In this document: in pieces, positions 1 through 14,093 of the stretch
Layout: each line of letters starts with the position of its first letter
Numbering within the stretch: position 1 is the first letter of the stretch
NCBI RefSeq assembly: GCF_009914755.1
Contig: NC_060930.1
Source of the DNA: the human T2T-CHM13v2.0 reference genome, Homo sapiens
Reading direction: 5' to 3' (one strand)
DNA: 64,000 nucleotides
Notes under the pieces: generated by a model
Databases searched by the model: none
Seen by the model: only the letters and a program-made list of their open reading frames with translations
What the model was told of the DNA's origin: nothing
Program-made: the position numbers and the translations under genes

Positions 1-917
1 ATCTGACAAAGGGCTAATATCCAGAATCTACAATGAACTCAAACAAATTTACAAGAAAAAAACAACCCCATCAAAAAGTGGGCAAAGGATATGAACAGAC
101 ACTTCTCAAAAGAAGACATTTATGCAGCCAGAAGACACATGAAAAAATGCTCATCATCACTGGCCATCAGAGAAATGCAAAACAAAACCACAATGAGATA
201 CCATCTCACACCAGTTAGAATGGCAATCATTAAAAAGTCAGGAAACAACAGTTGCTGGAGAGGATGTGGAGAAATAGGAACACTTTTACACTGTTGGTGG
301 GACTGTAAACTACTTCAACCATTTTGGAAGTCAGTGTCGCGATTCCTCAGGGATCTAGAACTAGAAATACCATTTGACCCAGCCATCCCATTACTGGGTA
401 TATACCCAAAGGACTATAAATCATGCTGCTATAAAGACACATGCACACGTATGTTTATTGCGGCACTATTCACAATAGCAAAGACTTGGAACCAACCCAA
501 ATGTCCAACAAAGATAGACTGGATTAAGAAAATGTGACACATATACACCATGGAATACTATGCAGCCATAAAAAATGATGAGTTCATGTCCTTTGTAGGG
601 ACATGGATGAAATTGGAAATCATCATTCTCAGTAAACCATCGCAAGGACAAAAAACCAAACACTGCATGTTCTCACTCATAGACGGGAATTGAACAATGA
701 GAACACATGGACACAGGAAGGGGAACATCACACTCTGGGGACTGTTGTGGGGTGGGGGGAGGGGGGAGGGATAGCATTAGGAGATATACCTAATGCTAAA
801 TGACGAGTTAATGGGTGCAGCACACCAGCATGGCACATGTATACATATGTAACTAACCTGCACATTGTGCACATGTACCCTGAAACTTAAAAGTATAATA
901 ATAATTTTAAAAAAAAA
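1..917 (+). mobile_element. LINE-1 3' end (L1PA3-like), 5' part outside the window
   Basis: ORF2p C-terminal peptide ([11 protein letters not shown]...[18 protein letters not shown]). The 3'UTR reads GCATTAGGAGATATACCTAATGCTAAATGACGAGTTAATGGG (L1PA3-type) and has a G-rich tract; A-tail at ~908-917. Confidence 0.93.
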
Positions 918-940
918 TTCAAAGTATCAAAGTAGTAGGT

Positions 941-1226
941 AGCCAGATGCAGTGGCTCACACCTATAATCCCAGTGCCAAGGCAGAAGGATCACTCGAGG
1001 CTAGGAGTTCAAGACCAGTCTGGGCAACTTAGTAAGACCCCACATCTACAAAAGAATATATATATATTAGTCAGGCATAGTGGCGCATGCCTGTAGTCCC
1101 AGGTACTTGGGAGTTTGAGGCAGGGGGATTGCCTGAGCCCAGGAGTTCGAGGCTACTGTGAGCTTTGATCGCACCACTCCAGCTGGGCAACAGAGTGAGA
1201 CTGTCTCTCTCGCGCTCTCAAAAAAA
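941..1226 (+). mobile_element. Alu (AluJ-like)
   Basis: Dimeric Alu sequence with A-tail; TSD AAAGTAGTAGGT at 929-940 and 1224-1235. Confidence 0.9.
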
Positions 1227-1302
1227 GTAGTAGGTAATTCTAAATGAGAATCCAAACATGACTATGCCATTATATTCAAACCCAAATCTAAGAACTTGGA
1301 TT

Positions 1303-1616
1303 TTGTTTTGCTGTTTTTTGTTTTTTTTGAGACAGGGTCTCACTTTGTCACCCAGGCTGGAATGCAGTGGCATAATCACGGCTCACTGCAGCCTTGACCT
1401 ACTGGGCTCAAGCGAGCCTCCCACCTCAGCCCCCACCCCAGGTAGCTGGGACTACAGGCATGTAGTAGTCCCAGTAGGCTAAATTTTTTGTATTTTTTTA
1501 GAGGCAGGGTTTTGCTATGTTTCCCAGGCTGATCTCAAACTCCTAAGCTCAAATGATCTGCCCACCTCGGCCTCCCAAAGTGCCAGGATTACAGGTGTGA
1601 GCTACCACACTGGGCC
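1303..1616 (-). mobile_element. Alu (AluJ-like)
   Basis: T-rich tail followed by reverse-complement Alu; near-perfect TSD AAG(A/C)ACTTGGATTTT at ~1290-1304 and ~1619-1633. Confidence 0.9.
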
Positions 1617-4600
1617 ACAAGCACTTGGATTTTGGGATAAGCATAGTTTCTCTCTTATGGACAATTCTGTAGGGCTCTTTCATACATAGGTAAAATAGGA
1701 TGCATAGTTATAGTGCAATTTTCTAGAGAATTTTGCAAAATACAACATTTTTGTAATTACTGCTGAAATACCTGGATTTATTTCCATGGATTCTAAGCCA
1801 CAAATGCACATTTATTTTTCTGGGAACATCCCAAGAACTATAAACCCAAGCTTTTAAAAGGAATGTAGATCCTTTTTGTTATCAGCCAGTATTGCTGGGT
1901 GACCAGAGAATCTTTTTGCTCTTTGTTTGCATTCTTGGGGTCAGCAGGGAGTTCAAATTAGTCCAGCCCTATTGCTGCTTTTTGGCATACACCGTGCTGG
2001 CAATATTTCTTTTTGCCTCATCAGTCCCAGCTTGAATGTTCACATACAGCCAACTCTTCCCTGTACCTCCTATGAGATGGTCTGAGCCCATTTGAGCCTG
2101 ATTTAAGGTTTACTTCATCTATAAAATGAGATTTCCTGCATCCCAAATCCTACATGATTGCATTTGAATCATCAAAGCTTTGATCTCCTTCATTTGGTTT
2201 GGATCTTTGATGTACCATGTTATCAATCATTAAAGGTATTTTTAATTTTTGTATCCACAGCTACAATTCATTTGTTTTTCCACATTTTTAACCTGTCTCA
2301 TTTTCACCCAGGACCTGGAAGGCTGTTCCTTCCATGGTTGAGCTTCTTGGATCTACCTGTCTTGTTTTAGAAAGGGTTAAAAGTATAGAAAAGGCAAGAA
2401 AAAGTATAAAAAATTACAGAAAAGTTTAAAAGTGTCTATCCCCTGGTTTGCAATCTCATATTCCCAAAATGTCTAACAATATTGTTATTTGAAAGGCACT
2501 GTCCAAACAAACATATTGCCCCTATTGACCTGAAATTATAAATATGCTTATTTTTTTATATATTTTTTGTCCAAGACAAAAAATGCATAAACACAGCTGA
2601 TTTTTTGTCCAAGACATGTTCACCAGAAATTTCTGTTAAATAAAAATGTTATCTTAGACAATAACGTATTTGTGTTTAATAGATTGCCATGTTATATTAG
2701 TAAGAAGCATGACCCTAACAAAATGTGGGAAAAGAGGAGAGGAGGTCAGAATATAGGATTCAGAGCATAGGAAGCACAGGTGCAAATGGAAAACTGCAAT
2801 GAATGCCCCAAGAGAACCCTATGCTAACCCCTAGGGAGGCATCAAAGAGGACAAAGCACACACACATAGTAGCAATGTCTGTCTATTATTAGGGACCTAG
2901 GATGTTTCAGGAATGTGACATAGTAATTTTATGTATTCAAATTCATAAAACCTGATGACCTCTCTGGCATCCATGTGTGATCACTTCCTACACAGAGGCT
3001 CAGCAAAGCTCAGGGACTAGCCCAAGCTTGAGGTGCTAGCAAGGGCCAGAGCTCAAGCTGGGCATGGCTGCCTGGCCCAATACCATTTCATGTACTTGCC
3101 GCTTGCCATTGATGTCCCCAGTGAGGAGAAAGAGGGAAAGGGGAAGGGAAGCTTTCTGGGGACAAAGAGTTTACAATGCCTGGTGTCATCTCTGACATCT
3201 GGGACACTTAGCACCTAAGGAAATATGTAAAAATCAGCTAAAAGCAAAAGTTTAAGCCATGCAGTCTTCAGAGCTTTATAGATCACAAGGTTTATTGTAG
3301 CCAAATATAAAATGCAGTCTCATGTCTTTCAGATTCAATATTCTTTTTTGGAGGAAGATGTAAGAACCTGAACTTGTTTATTAATATTTCACCTTGTTAC
3401 TACTTAGATACTTTATACTACTCATATACTATAAAAAAGTATTTACAGCAGATTTAATAGGCTAAAAATGACATCAACAAAAATACAACATAAATAAAAA
3501 TAGTGGCATGAAATGAAATCACTGTTGAGATTAATCCAAAAGGGCACACCATCGGTCTGATAAACTTGCTATGAGTAAGCTCTTGTCTTTCCAGTATGGG
3601 ACAAAAGAACAGGGTGATAACATATCAATTCAGTGTGCATAAAATGAGGTAATTCAATTGCTTAGATAAGAATCAGGCAAAAATATGTCCACAGGTCCAT
3701 TAAATGAAAGGAAAACATCAAATTAATATTGATGTTTACAAGTAAGGCACCATGCCTAGAATATAACACATGCTTAATAAATGGCCATTATTAACATGAT
3801 CATCCTTGAAAAAAAAAACAGTTGCTGTGGTTTCTGGTTTACAATGGCATCTCTTCACCAGTGACAAAACATATCTATGATGCAAAAGCAAAAATTCCTT
3901 ATCAATACTGAAAACTAAAACTGACATATACTCTATTGCAAATAATGAGAGAACAGACAATGAAATATAAGCCCCGTGGTCTAAGTTGAATAAAACAATT
4001 TGTATTCAATGCATGTCATATTGCCAGAAACAGAGCAAATCTGATGGTTAAAAATAAAACAAAAGATACATTTTCCCCTCCCAACCTGTGACCTCTGGCT
4101 CAGAATTATAGTCTATGCCAGCTAACAAACTAAGCAGTTCACTCTTTTTGATGAGGTCAAAATAATGCTCTCCAGACCAAAATATCAGTACCTCAAATCC
4201 TAGAAAATAAAAGACAAGAAAGTAGGATTTAGTCTGGTATGACGCATGGTGCCCCAACATGGGTGATTCAAACAAGTCAAATTCTGCCTCAAGAACAAAA
4301 TGAGCAGAGAACAGTGAAAAGACTAGCAGCAAGGAATGAGGCTTCTTGGGTGTCAGAAAAATAGCCAATAGGTAAGAAGATAATCTCATCACCTCTGTCA
4401 GTGCTCTGTGCAATGAACACCTACCTGCCCGAGTCTGAAGATGAAGCCAGAATTAGGTATACAAGATGATCACCAGCTATAGACCCCCATGGAGAGTGAG
4501 CAGAGCCAGAGGCAAGCAAACAACTGCCTATTGTCCAAGTCTAGGTCTGGATGGAGCTCTCTGATGGAGGCTAAGGAGAAAAAAAATAGTTCAAATATAT

Positions 4601-4799
4601 TGCAGAACCTGGGGAAGAGATTTCAAAACAAACAAAGAACATACTTCTGAGACAAATATACTACTAAAGTCAGAAGAAAATTAGTAAACTGGCACTCTTA
4701 ATTGCATACTAGACACAGGATCTTTATGATGTAAGAGCAGACAAGTCTTTACAAAATCATATTAGTTAGAACCAAAATTAATTGGGTTAAGATGTCCTG

Positions 4800-6510
4800 T
4801 TTAAACATAACAAAACCAATCTGCTTAGGTTAAGGGGGGAAAAGTAATCAATTCTATCTGCCTATAAAAGATATACATAAAGGAAATAATACGGAAAGGT
4901 CAGAAACAATGTATTATAGAGACTGAGAGGGGAAAAAACAGGCTAACCATAATTGGAGTAAATGAAAAAGGGGGAATCACAAAGATAATGCCAAAGGATT
5001 CAAGATAAAAGCATGGAACAAGTAAAAAAAGATCATTTTATATTACAAAAGGTAAAATTCATAATAAAGAGATTTTATATGTGTGAATCTGTAAGCCCTA
5101 TATAATATAGCATCATTATAAATTCTAAAAACTGTTAGATATGCCAAGAAAAATGGACAAAAACCAATTATTGGAGTGCTAAGCTAAAAGCACATCTTGT
5201 GCTCTATAAACTTCTTTCACAATATCATGCAAATTTTACAAAAACTGTCATATATTCTCCACCAGAAACCTCAATAGTTTCCAATAAAAAGAAAACAAAC
5301 TAGACATATGATCTGTCTACTTTGTATTAAAACAATAAATAACAAAAGTTTAAGCAACAATGAAAATTTTAACTTCTTTATAACAATAAACACATAGTTA
5401 TCCTCCTCAGAATGATACTCTAAAAACTTTTAAAAACTATTTTTTAAAAACAGAACAATAGGTACATAATAGTTTTAGATGATAAAAATGGAAACAATAG
5501 TCTCAATGTTTAAAAAAGGAAAACAAGTAAGTCATTCAACTCTTTAGAGAAAAATATCAAAAAACCTAAAGAAAGAACTAAAGTGAATAAGATGTGTTTT
5601 AAACAGTCACACAAGTAAGCAACAAAGGAAGCAGAATAAAGTTGACAGAGCTCTGGCCGACTGAACTGCAGAGAAAAGAACAGTACAAGGAGTGAATAGA
5701 TATAAGTGAGAATAATACGGAGAATGTAATGACAGACATAAATTTTAAAATTATAAAACAATGTGTTGTATTACTCAATGCTAATATTATAAAATTTCAA
5801 TGAAATATAAGCCTTTTTTAAAAAATATAAATTATTGAAATTGACTGAAGAAGGAGTCAAAATCAAATAGACTCACAACTACAGTTAACACAGAAAAGGT
5901 GTAAAAGAAGTAGTGGCTCTGAAATCAAGTAGAGTTTTTTCACATGTTCAAAGAACAGCTAATGCTACACAAATTGCTCCTAAGAACAAAAAGATATAGG
6001 TAGCTACATAATTTATTTTATAACGCCAACACAGCTCTGATACTCAAGCAAAAAGAAAAGCTAATCCCTTTTTGATATATCCCAAAACCAGAAATAAATT
6101 GCTAGCAGACTAAATTCAAGGATATGTTATAAATCACCCAAGTGAAATTTATCCCTAGAATTCAGATCTATTAAATAAATTCAATAAGAAAAAATTACGG
6201 GATAGATAATAGACATGCTGAAAGAGATTTTTATACAGCCCATTCTTATTTTCTTAAGGATTAGAAAACTAGAAGTTGAAGACTTTCAACATTATTAAAT
6301 CACCAAAGAATATCACATTTCAAGATAAAATACTAGAGGCATGCCTGTTATGATCAGGGGCAAAGCAAAAATATCTGCTATAATGTTATTGTACAAAATC
6401 ATACACTGAGTTCAAGATAATAAAATAAAATATAAAGCAACCAAAACATAAAATGTTTTAAAACATGAAAAATAGGTGACAGCTTACTATTGTTTACTGA
6501 TGACTTGATT
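4800..6510 (+). mobile_element. Highly decayed ancient L1M ORF2 fragment
   Basis: A-rich strand bias with degenerate ORF2-like motifs (e.g. tatataaattattgaaattgactgaagaag, ttattgtttactgatgacttgatt resembling LFADDMI). Boundaries approximate. Confidence 0.55.
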
Positions 6511-6599
6511 ATAGGTCAAAAACTTCTGTTGTGTCATTCACAGTCCTGAGTAATCCTATCACAGTTCTTTGGTTCGTTTGTTTTCTCTCCCATCATGGT

Positions 6600-7325
6600 C
6601 ATTCAGCCACGCATCCTCCTCCGCCTAAGCAAATTATCTGCCCCTCTCTCATTAGATGGGAACCCTCTCAACTTCCTGCTACTCAGTCTACCAACCTACC
6701 TGCATCTGAACACAACCTCTTTCTTCTCCCACAAAATCCTAGTGATCTCACCCTTCTCCCTCCATCCTTTCCCACCTTCTCAGGAACTTTACATTATGAA
6801 TTATCCCTTCTTGCTTTGACAACATCAACCTCTCCTTACTCCTGTTTCTCTTCAATTACTTCTTAAATATGATAAGTCTCTCCCATCTTTCCAGACTCCC
6901 TGTTCCTTCTCTTCCAATTCTATTTGGTTTTCATCTTCATGGCCCCTTCTTCTTTACAAAAATCTGGCAAAATTATTTATATTTATCACCCTCATTTTCT
7001 AGCCTTCTACTTGGTCCTTCAACCCATTCTGACCTGGTTCCATCTACACTACTCCTCAAAAGGAACTGTTTTAAAGACCATCAATAACCACCATGTCACT
7101 AAAGGTAATGAATATTTTTCAGTCTTTATCACATCTGTCGATCACTTCCTTCTTGAATTCTTGTTTTTCCAGGGAACCACACTCTACCGGCATTCCTCCA
7201 TTCGTGGTCTCTCATCCTACTTGTCTGGCTTCTAAATGTTTGGATTTCTCAAACTTGTGCCCAGATAACAGTTCTCACTTTGTAATCTCTATTTAGGTTT
7301 TATTATCCATACCTGAAACTTATAA
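6600..7325 (+). mobile_element. L2 LINE fragment (continues ~7620-7700 and ~8250-8700)
   Basis: CT-rich sequence with L2 RT-region motif (aggaactgttttaaagaccatcaataaccaccatgtcactaaa...tcagtctttatc). Boundaries approximate. Confidence 0.6.
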
Positions 7326-7334
7326 AGGAGAGCT

Positions 7335-7605
7335 ATGCTGTCCTATGAGGTAGCCACCAGCCATATGTACCTACTGAGAACTTAAAATACGGCTCATCTG
7401 AACTGACACATGCTGTAAGTGCATACACAGATTTCAAAAATTTGGTATAAAAAAGAATGTGAACTATCTCGGTATTTTTATGTTGATTACATGTCAAAAT
7501 AATATTTTGGATATACTGATTAAATAAAATGTATTATTTTGTATGGCTAATAGAAATTTCTAATTATGTATGTGGCCTGCATTATATTTTTATCAAGCAG
7601 TGGAC
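7335..7605. mobile_element. MER33-like hAT-Charlie DNA transposon
   Basis: tgctgtcc..gtagccaccagccat..ctactgagaacttaaaat start and aatattttggatatac..tgtggcctgcattatatt end match the recalled MER33 consensus. Confidence 0.75.
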
Positions 7606-7719
7606 TGATCTGGATAGACATTGGCCATTTCAAAATTTATGACTCTGGATAAGACCTTTTGTTTGAGCTCCAGATAACAAAATCCAACTGCTTACAGGTT
7701 TGCATTTTCATATTACATA

Positions 7720-8250
7720 TTGTGGTGGTTATTAACATATTCTTTCAGCTCCAGATCAACTTTTTTATATTCTTGTGATGCTAGGACTGGAACTCTGCTG
7801 TTCGCATTCTTTCTTGTCCAACTGGCTGCCTTTAGTTCTGCCAGGGCATGCCCCAGCATCACCAGCGATAGTTAATAGTTCTTCACCCTGGCTGCAGCAG
7901 TTGGTTCCAGATTTTGTTCAGCACTCCAAAGCCAGCTTCATTCCCCAACCCCTCCTCCCTAAGAGTCCAGCATCAGCCAGTGCCAGGCTGGAGGTTTGGT
8001 GGTCTGCCTCTCAGCTCTGTAGGGTCCTTCCTCAAGCTCTAGATTCTAAAAACCCCAGCCTCTTCCCTTTTTCCACTCAGCCTTATGAGGAGTAGCTGCT
8101 TTCTCTTGTTACTAACTCTGAATTGCTTCAGTGTTTCCCTTTTGTTCTTTAAAATTTTCTGATACTTATTTAATAAATTCTGCAGATTATAATACTGTTA
8201 ATAGAACTTGTGTGGTTTCTGGTTTTCTGAATGGAACTTGACTGATATAT
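7720..8250 (+). mobile_element. Ancient ERVL-class solo LTR (LTR33-like)
   Basis: TG start, AATAAA at ~8172, and terminal tgtggtttctggttttctgaatggaacttgactgatata typical of LTR33/LTR16-type ends. Confidence 0.5.
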
Positions 8251-8741
8251 ACAGGTGGTGCAAACAGAGCATGTTCAAAATGAAATTCATTCTCCCTACT
8301 CCAAAACTTGATCCTTTTTCAGTGCTCACTGTCTTAATAAATGGCATTAATAGCCACCCGGTTTCTCACGCCCTGAGGAAGCTCTGAGTGTCATCCTGAT
8401 ACTCATACATCTTCCATTAGCATGGCCTGTTTTACTCCCTAAGTATTATTGGCATCCACTCAGTTTTCTTCCTTTCCACAGTCAGCTTTATTGTCCAGTT
8501 TTTCAGGGGTCAACTGCTCTGCATCCACTCTTTATCTCCTTACAATCCATTCTTTGCACTGCAGCTTGATTGACCCATTCAATAGGCAAATTTGATTGTG
8601 CCACTTATCTCTTCAAAAGTTCTTCCTGGAAAGCCCTGGAAACTTTCACCTACTAACTCCTATTCATTCTTCATCTCTCAGCTGAAAGAGCCCCACCTCA
8701 CATAAAGTTATTCAACATCAAGACTTGAATACATGAAGAGA

Positions 8742-8746
8742 AATAA

Positions 8747-8785
<39 letters not shown>

Positions 8786-8786
8786 A
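8742..8786 (+). repeat. (TAAA)n microsatellite
   Basis: About ten tandem TAAA units seen directly. Confidence 0.95.
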
Positions 8787-9751
8787 TGGGATTTTTTCTA
8801 AATCAATTATAAATATAACATAAGGCTAATCAAAATGACCAATGGAAGGTGGCATAACTTTGACACTAAAACTTAATAACAGTAGCCCAAAATGTTAAAC
8901 CGATCTCACTTATTAACATGGAAGCAAAAAATCTTTAATAAAGTAGTGGAAAATAAGATCTTTTCCTTTAATGAAAATAATACGCTATGGCCTAGTAGGA
9001 TTCAGGAAAAGAAACCAAAATACTTCAACATCAGGAACTGAATTAATAACATTTATTTTACCAATTGAATAAATAAGAAATATGTGTCAATCACTATTTG
9101 CATTTGATAAAATGTATGATTTATTCATAAAATCTCAACCTGAAGACAACATCGTATGTAATATCAAAGCATAAAAACCAAGAAAAGAATGACCACGGTC
9201 TGTATCATCAAAGAGTAATGCAACAAGACCAAAAGAAAATGAAAGACATAAATACCAGAGAAGAGATAAAATCCCTGTTATATATAGAAGATAGGGTTGT
9301 CTCCCTGTAAAACCAGTCAACTGAGTTAGCTCTTATAAACATAGTGAAACCAGTATCTTTATGATATACCATTAAATTCAGTTAAAAGAATTAAAAGAGT
9401 CATTCCAAGTGGAAGCAAATATATTGAATATTGAAGAATAGACTTATCAAGTAATGTGCTACCGCAATATATTTTTTAAGCTACAATCAATTTTCTTGTA
9501 GGACATAAGAGAAATTTGAATTATTGTAGAGATGCCATGTACTTGAAAGCTTGAACGATATTAAAATGCCAATTTCTTTCCAAACAAAATCTTACACAAA
9601 AGGAATTTGACAAAAGCCAAACATTTCTAAACTTACGTAAAATAAAAATTACTTAATGAGAAGAGCCAACATTTTTGAAAAATAAAAATAAGAAATGAGG
9701 CTTGTCTTGTCAGAATTTAAAATCCATATATTATAGAGTGAAAAATGAATA

Positions 9752-9875
9752 AGCCCAGTTCAGTGGTGTGTGCCTGTACTCCCAGCTACTCTGGAGGCTG
9801 AGGCAGGATTGCCTGAGCCCAGGATCAAGTCCAGCCTGGGCAAAATAATGAGACTCTGTCTCAGAAAAAGCAAAA
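9752..9875 (+). mobile_element. Alu monomer (FLAM/FAM-like)
   Basis: Single Alu arm (gtggtgtgtgcctgtactcccagctact...ccagcctgggcaa...gagactctgtctc) with A-rich tail. Confidence 0.75.
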
Positions 9876-9877
9876 TA

Positions 9878-10150
9878 AATCAGAAACAGAAAAGTCAAAT
9901 ACTGCATGTTCTCACATGTAAGCGGGAGCTAAATAATGTGTACATATGAACATAGAGTATGGAATAACAGACATTGGAGACATGGAAATGTGAGAGGATA
10001 GGAGAGGGGTGAGGGATGAGAAATTACTTAATGGGTGCAATGCGCACTACTTGGGTAATGGCTACACTAGATTGCACCATTATGCAAAATATCCATGTAC
10101 CAAAACTTTGCTGGTACCCCCTACACCTATAAAATAAAAATTTTAAAAAT
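9878..10150 (+). mobile_element. L1PB/L1MA 3' end (L1PB4-like)
   Basis: aaagtcaaatactgcatgttctcac...gggatgagaaattacttaatggg...gtaccccc 3'UTR followed by A-rich tail. Confidence 0.75.
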
Positions 10151-10402
10151 TTTAATGAGATTAAAAGATTAAAAATATAAATATAAACTTTATTTAAAAA
10201 TTATAAATAATAGGAGAAATGGCATAGAGGTGGGTAAAAAAATCAGACAATATAGAACATATGATTTTAGTACATAATAAATTTTCTACTTCAAAGCCAT
10301 TGGTAAGTGATAGATTATTTAATAAATAGTATTGAAATATCTAGCTACTCATTTGAGAAAAAAGATGAATCTTTTCCATATCACAAAATCAAGTAAACTT
10401 CA

Positions 10403-10603
<201 letters not shown>

Positions 10604-11424
10604 TTATATGAAAATTTATATAAAAATGAGGATATAGGAATGTTCAAAACAAAGTGAAAACTGTAGGAAAGAAAATATTGAAAATTTGACTACCTAAAAA
10701 TTAAAAGTATACATACATTTAAAAAACACAAACAAACATAGGGAAAGAAACAAGAAAGAAATATTTGTAATATTTATTACAGAAGAGAACATGGGAGAGA
10801 TATCTTACAAACCAGGAAAAAGATATATAACCCTATAAGAAATGAACGAAGAATATAAATTGGCAAAATAAAATATACGAATATTCAAAATGTTCAACAT
10901 CACTAACAATCAAAGACCCTAACTGAAATTGCCTTGACATAACTTTCCCGCTTTTATTAAATTGGTAGAGACTCATAAATTATAGTAAACTGTGATAAGG
11001 ATGTAATGAGACTAACACTTATTACAAACTTGCAGTAATTTTAAAAATTTGGTATCACTCCTTTTGCAATTAGGTTTTACAGTGTATATCATAAAAGTTT
11101 AAACAACTTTTAAGGAAATAATTTAAAATGTGGTAAACAGTTTATATATTGTCTAAGTATATTATTAAAGCATTTTTATTATTGAAAATCATTAGCAATC
11201 AATCATCAGTTATAATGGAATGATTACATATGGGATATCCACCATATATCCATTAAAATTCACATTTTGGGGAAATACGTGGTAATGTACTGATGTATCA
11301 GTTGAGATAGTTTTAGTTCAAGTAACAGGATCCTACTTTAGTAACAACCATCATGTTATAAGGAAACTGGGCTGTCTTACAGAACCAAAATAAATGCTGA
11401 ATGAGGAAGCCTTAAGAAGGAACC

Positions 11425-11745
11425 GGCCAGGCGCGGTGCCTCACACCTGTAATCCCAGCACTTTGGGAGGCCAAGGCAGGCAAATCACCTGAGGTCAGGA
11501 GTTCGAGACCAGCCAGACCAACATGGTGAAACCCCGTCTCTGCTAAAAATACAAAATTAGCTGGGTGTGTGGTGGCGCATGCCTGTAATCCCAGCTATTT
11601 GGGAGGCTGAGGAGGCAGAGGTAGGAAAATCGCTTGAACCTGGGAGGCAGAGGTTGTGGGAGCCGAGACTGTGCCACTGCACTCCAGCCTGGGCAACAAG
11701 AGCTAAACAATGTCTCAAAAAAAATAAAAATAAAAGAAGAAGAAG
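11425..11745 (+). mobile_element. Alu (AluS-like)
   Basis: Full dimer starting ggccaggcgcggtg; approximate TSD aagaaggaacc/aagaagaacc; small internal duplication ggaggctga-ggaggcaga. Confidence 0.92.
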
Positions 11746-12426
11746 AACCCAACTAGGGGTTGCTCTGAAGTCCTCAGCAGCAGGAGCTCTCAATTCTTCT
11801 GGTGTGAGCACAACGATTCAGATGTGTCCACTTAACCATCATCCATCTCTTAATGCCTCCTTTCAGTTGCTAGAAGGCAATCTGGTTGGTGCAGCTTTGG
11901 TTACTTTCTCTCTGCTTGACTCAATCAGCCAAGCAAAGATTCAAGGTGGGTAGCATCAACGCTGCCTTGTAAGACAGCCACTCCAGTAAGTGCCTAGTAC
12001 AACCTATGTTATAAGCCTCATTTTCCAAAACAAGGTCTAAAAGTGTATAGCCTAGTTTCACATATGTGGGTGTATATATTAAAATATTGGAGGAATATGG
12101 GAAGAAAATACTTCAAAATGGTAGCAGCTGTTGTCTATGAGTGGCAAGTTTATGAGTCACTTTTTATTTTCTTCACATCATCTGTATACACAGTAAAATT
12201 ATTATTATAGCAATATAAATTTGGCTACAATTCCATTAGCCATTGGCTGTACTCCTCAGCTAAGTCCCCATTTTCAAACAAAAGTATGCTAAAAAGGGGA
12301 GTGTGGGGTGGCAGTGATAGGAAAATCAAACAGAGGGAAAGCCTGCTAAGGAAGTGCCAATCTCTTCTTGAGAAGTAGAAAGCTTAAAATGTGTGTCCGG
12401 TTGTTCCCGGTATTCTCATAGCCCGG

Positions 12427-12877
12427 TGTGTTAGTCCATTTTGTGTTGCTGTAAAGGAAAACCTGAGGCTGGGTGATTTATAAAGAAAAGGGATTTATTT
12501 GGCTCACAGTTGTGCAGGATATACAAGCATGGCGCCGGTGTTTGCTCCACTTCTGATGAGGCCTCAGGACTCTTCTACTCATGGCAGAAGGCGAGGGGAG
12601 AACAGATGTGACACATGGTGGGAGAGGGATTGAGAGAGGGAGAGAGAGAGGAAAGAAAAAAGAGAGAGACAGAAAGAAAGACAAAAAGAGTGGGTGGTTC
12701 CAGTCTCTTTTAAAAATAACTAGACTTGTGTTAACTCTTTACCTCAGGGAGTTCACTAAGCCATTCATGAGGGATTCACCTCCATGACCCAGACACCTCC
12801 CACTAGGTCCCACCTTCAACAATGGAGATCACATTTCAACCTGAGATTTGGAGAAGACATACTTCCAAACTGTATCA
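12427..12877 (-). mobile_element. MaLR solo LTR (MSTA/MSTB-like)
   Basis: tgtgttagtccattttgtgttgct...ccatgacccagacacctcccactagg...aactgtatca; 5 bp TSD cccgg/cctgg. Confidence 0.85.
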
Positions 12878-13113
12878 CCTGGTTTCTCCAGATTGGATTC
12901 AAAATGGGCACCAGCTCATTAGAAGTTTCCTGGAATTACTGCTGATGTCCTGCAAGTCCCAGTCAGCCACAGGGCCCAGAATCATCCTCATCATTATTGT
13001 TAAATTGTCCATACTGCCCAAAGCAATCTACAGAGTCAGTATGATGTCTATCAAATACCACTCACATTCTTCACAGAAATGGAAAAATTAATCTTAAAAA
13101 TGTATATGGAAGC

Positions 13114-13400
13114 AGCTGGGTGTGGTTGCTCATGCCTGTAATCCCAGTACTTTGGAGGCTGAGGCAAGTGGATCATTTGAGGTCAGGAGTTTGACACCAG
13201 CCTGGCCTACATGGTGAAACCCTGTTTCTACTAAAAATACAAAAATTAGCCAGGCGTGGTAGCATGCCTGTAATCCCAGCTACTCAGGAGGCTGAGGCAG
13301 GGGAATTGCTTGAACCCAGGGACAGAGGTTGCAGCAATCGCACCATTGCACTCCAGCCTGGGCAACAGAGCAAGACTCCATCTAAAAAAATAAAAAAAAT
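13114..13400 (+). mobile_element. Alu (AluS-like) inside L1MA
   Basis: Dimeric Alu with A-tail interrupting L1 ORF2 sequence. Confidence 0.9.
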
Positions 13401-14093
13401 ATGTAGAACCACAAAAGACCCAGAATAGCCAAAGCTATCCTAAGCAAAAAGAACAAAACTGCAGGAGTTACATTACTTGAATTCAAGTTATACTACAGAG
13501 CTATAGTAAGCAAAATAGCATGGTATTGGCACAAAAACAGACACATAGAACAAAGAAACAGAATAGGGAATGCAGAAACAAATTCATTAATCTTCAGTGA
13601 ACTCATTTTTGACAAAAGTGCTAAGAACATACACTGGGAAAAAGACAGTCTCTTCAATAAATTGTACCGGGAAAACTGGATATCCATATGCAGGAGAATA
13701 AAACTAGATCCCTGTCTCTCACATATACAAAAATTAAATCAAAATGGATTAAAGGTTTAAATCTAACACCACAAACTATGAAACTACCACAGGAAAACAT
13801 TGGGGAAACTCTCCAGGACACTGGAGTAGGCAAAGATTTCTTGAGCAATGCCCCACAAGTTCAGGCAACCAAAGCAAAAATGGACAAATGGGGTCACATC
13901 AAGTTAAAAAGCTTCTGCACGGCAAAGGAAACAATCAACAAAGTGAAGAGACAACTCACAGGATGGGAGACAATATTTGCAAACTGCGCATCTGACAAGG
14001 GAATAATAATCAGAATGTATAAGGAGCTCAAACAACTCTATAGTAAATCAGATTATTATATTATCTAATAATCTGATTACAAAATGGGCAACA

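Noticed and set aside
11543-11953. ORFs resembling many 'hypothetical proteins'
   Set aside because: Alu-derived translations; the same applies at 1067-1482, 10332-10604 and 54313-54567.
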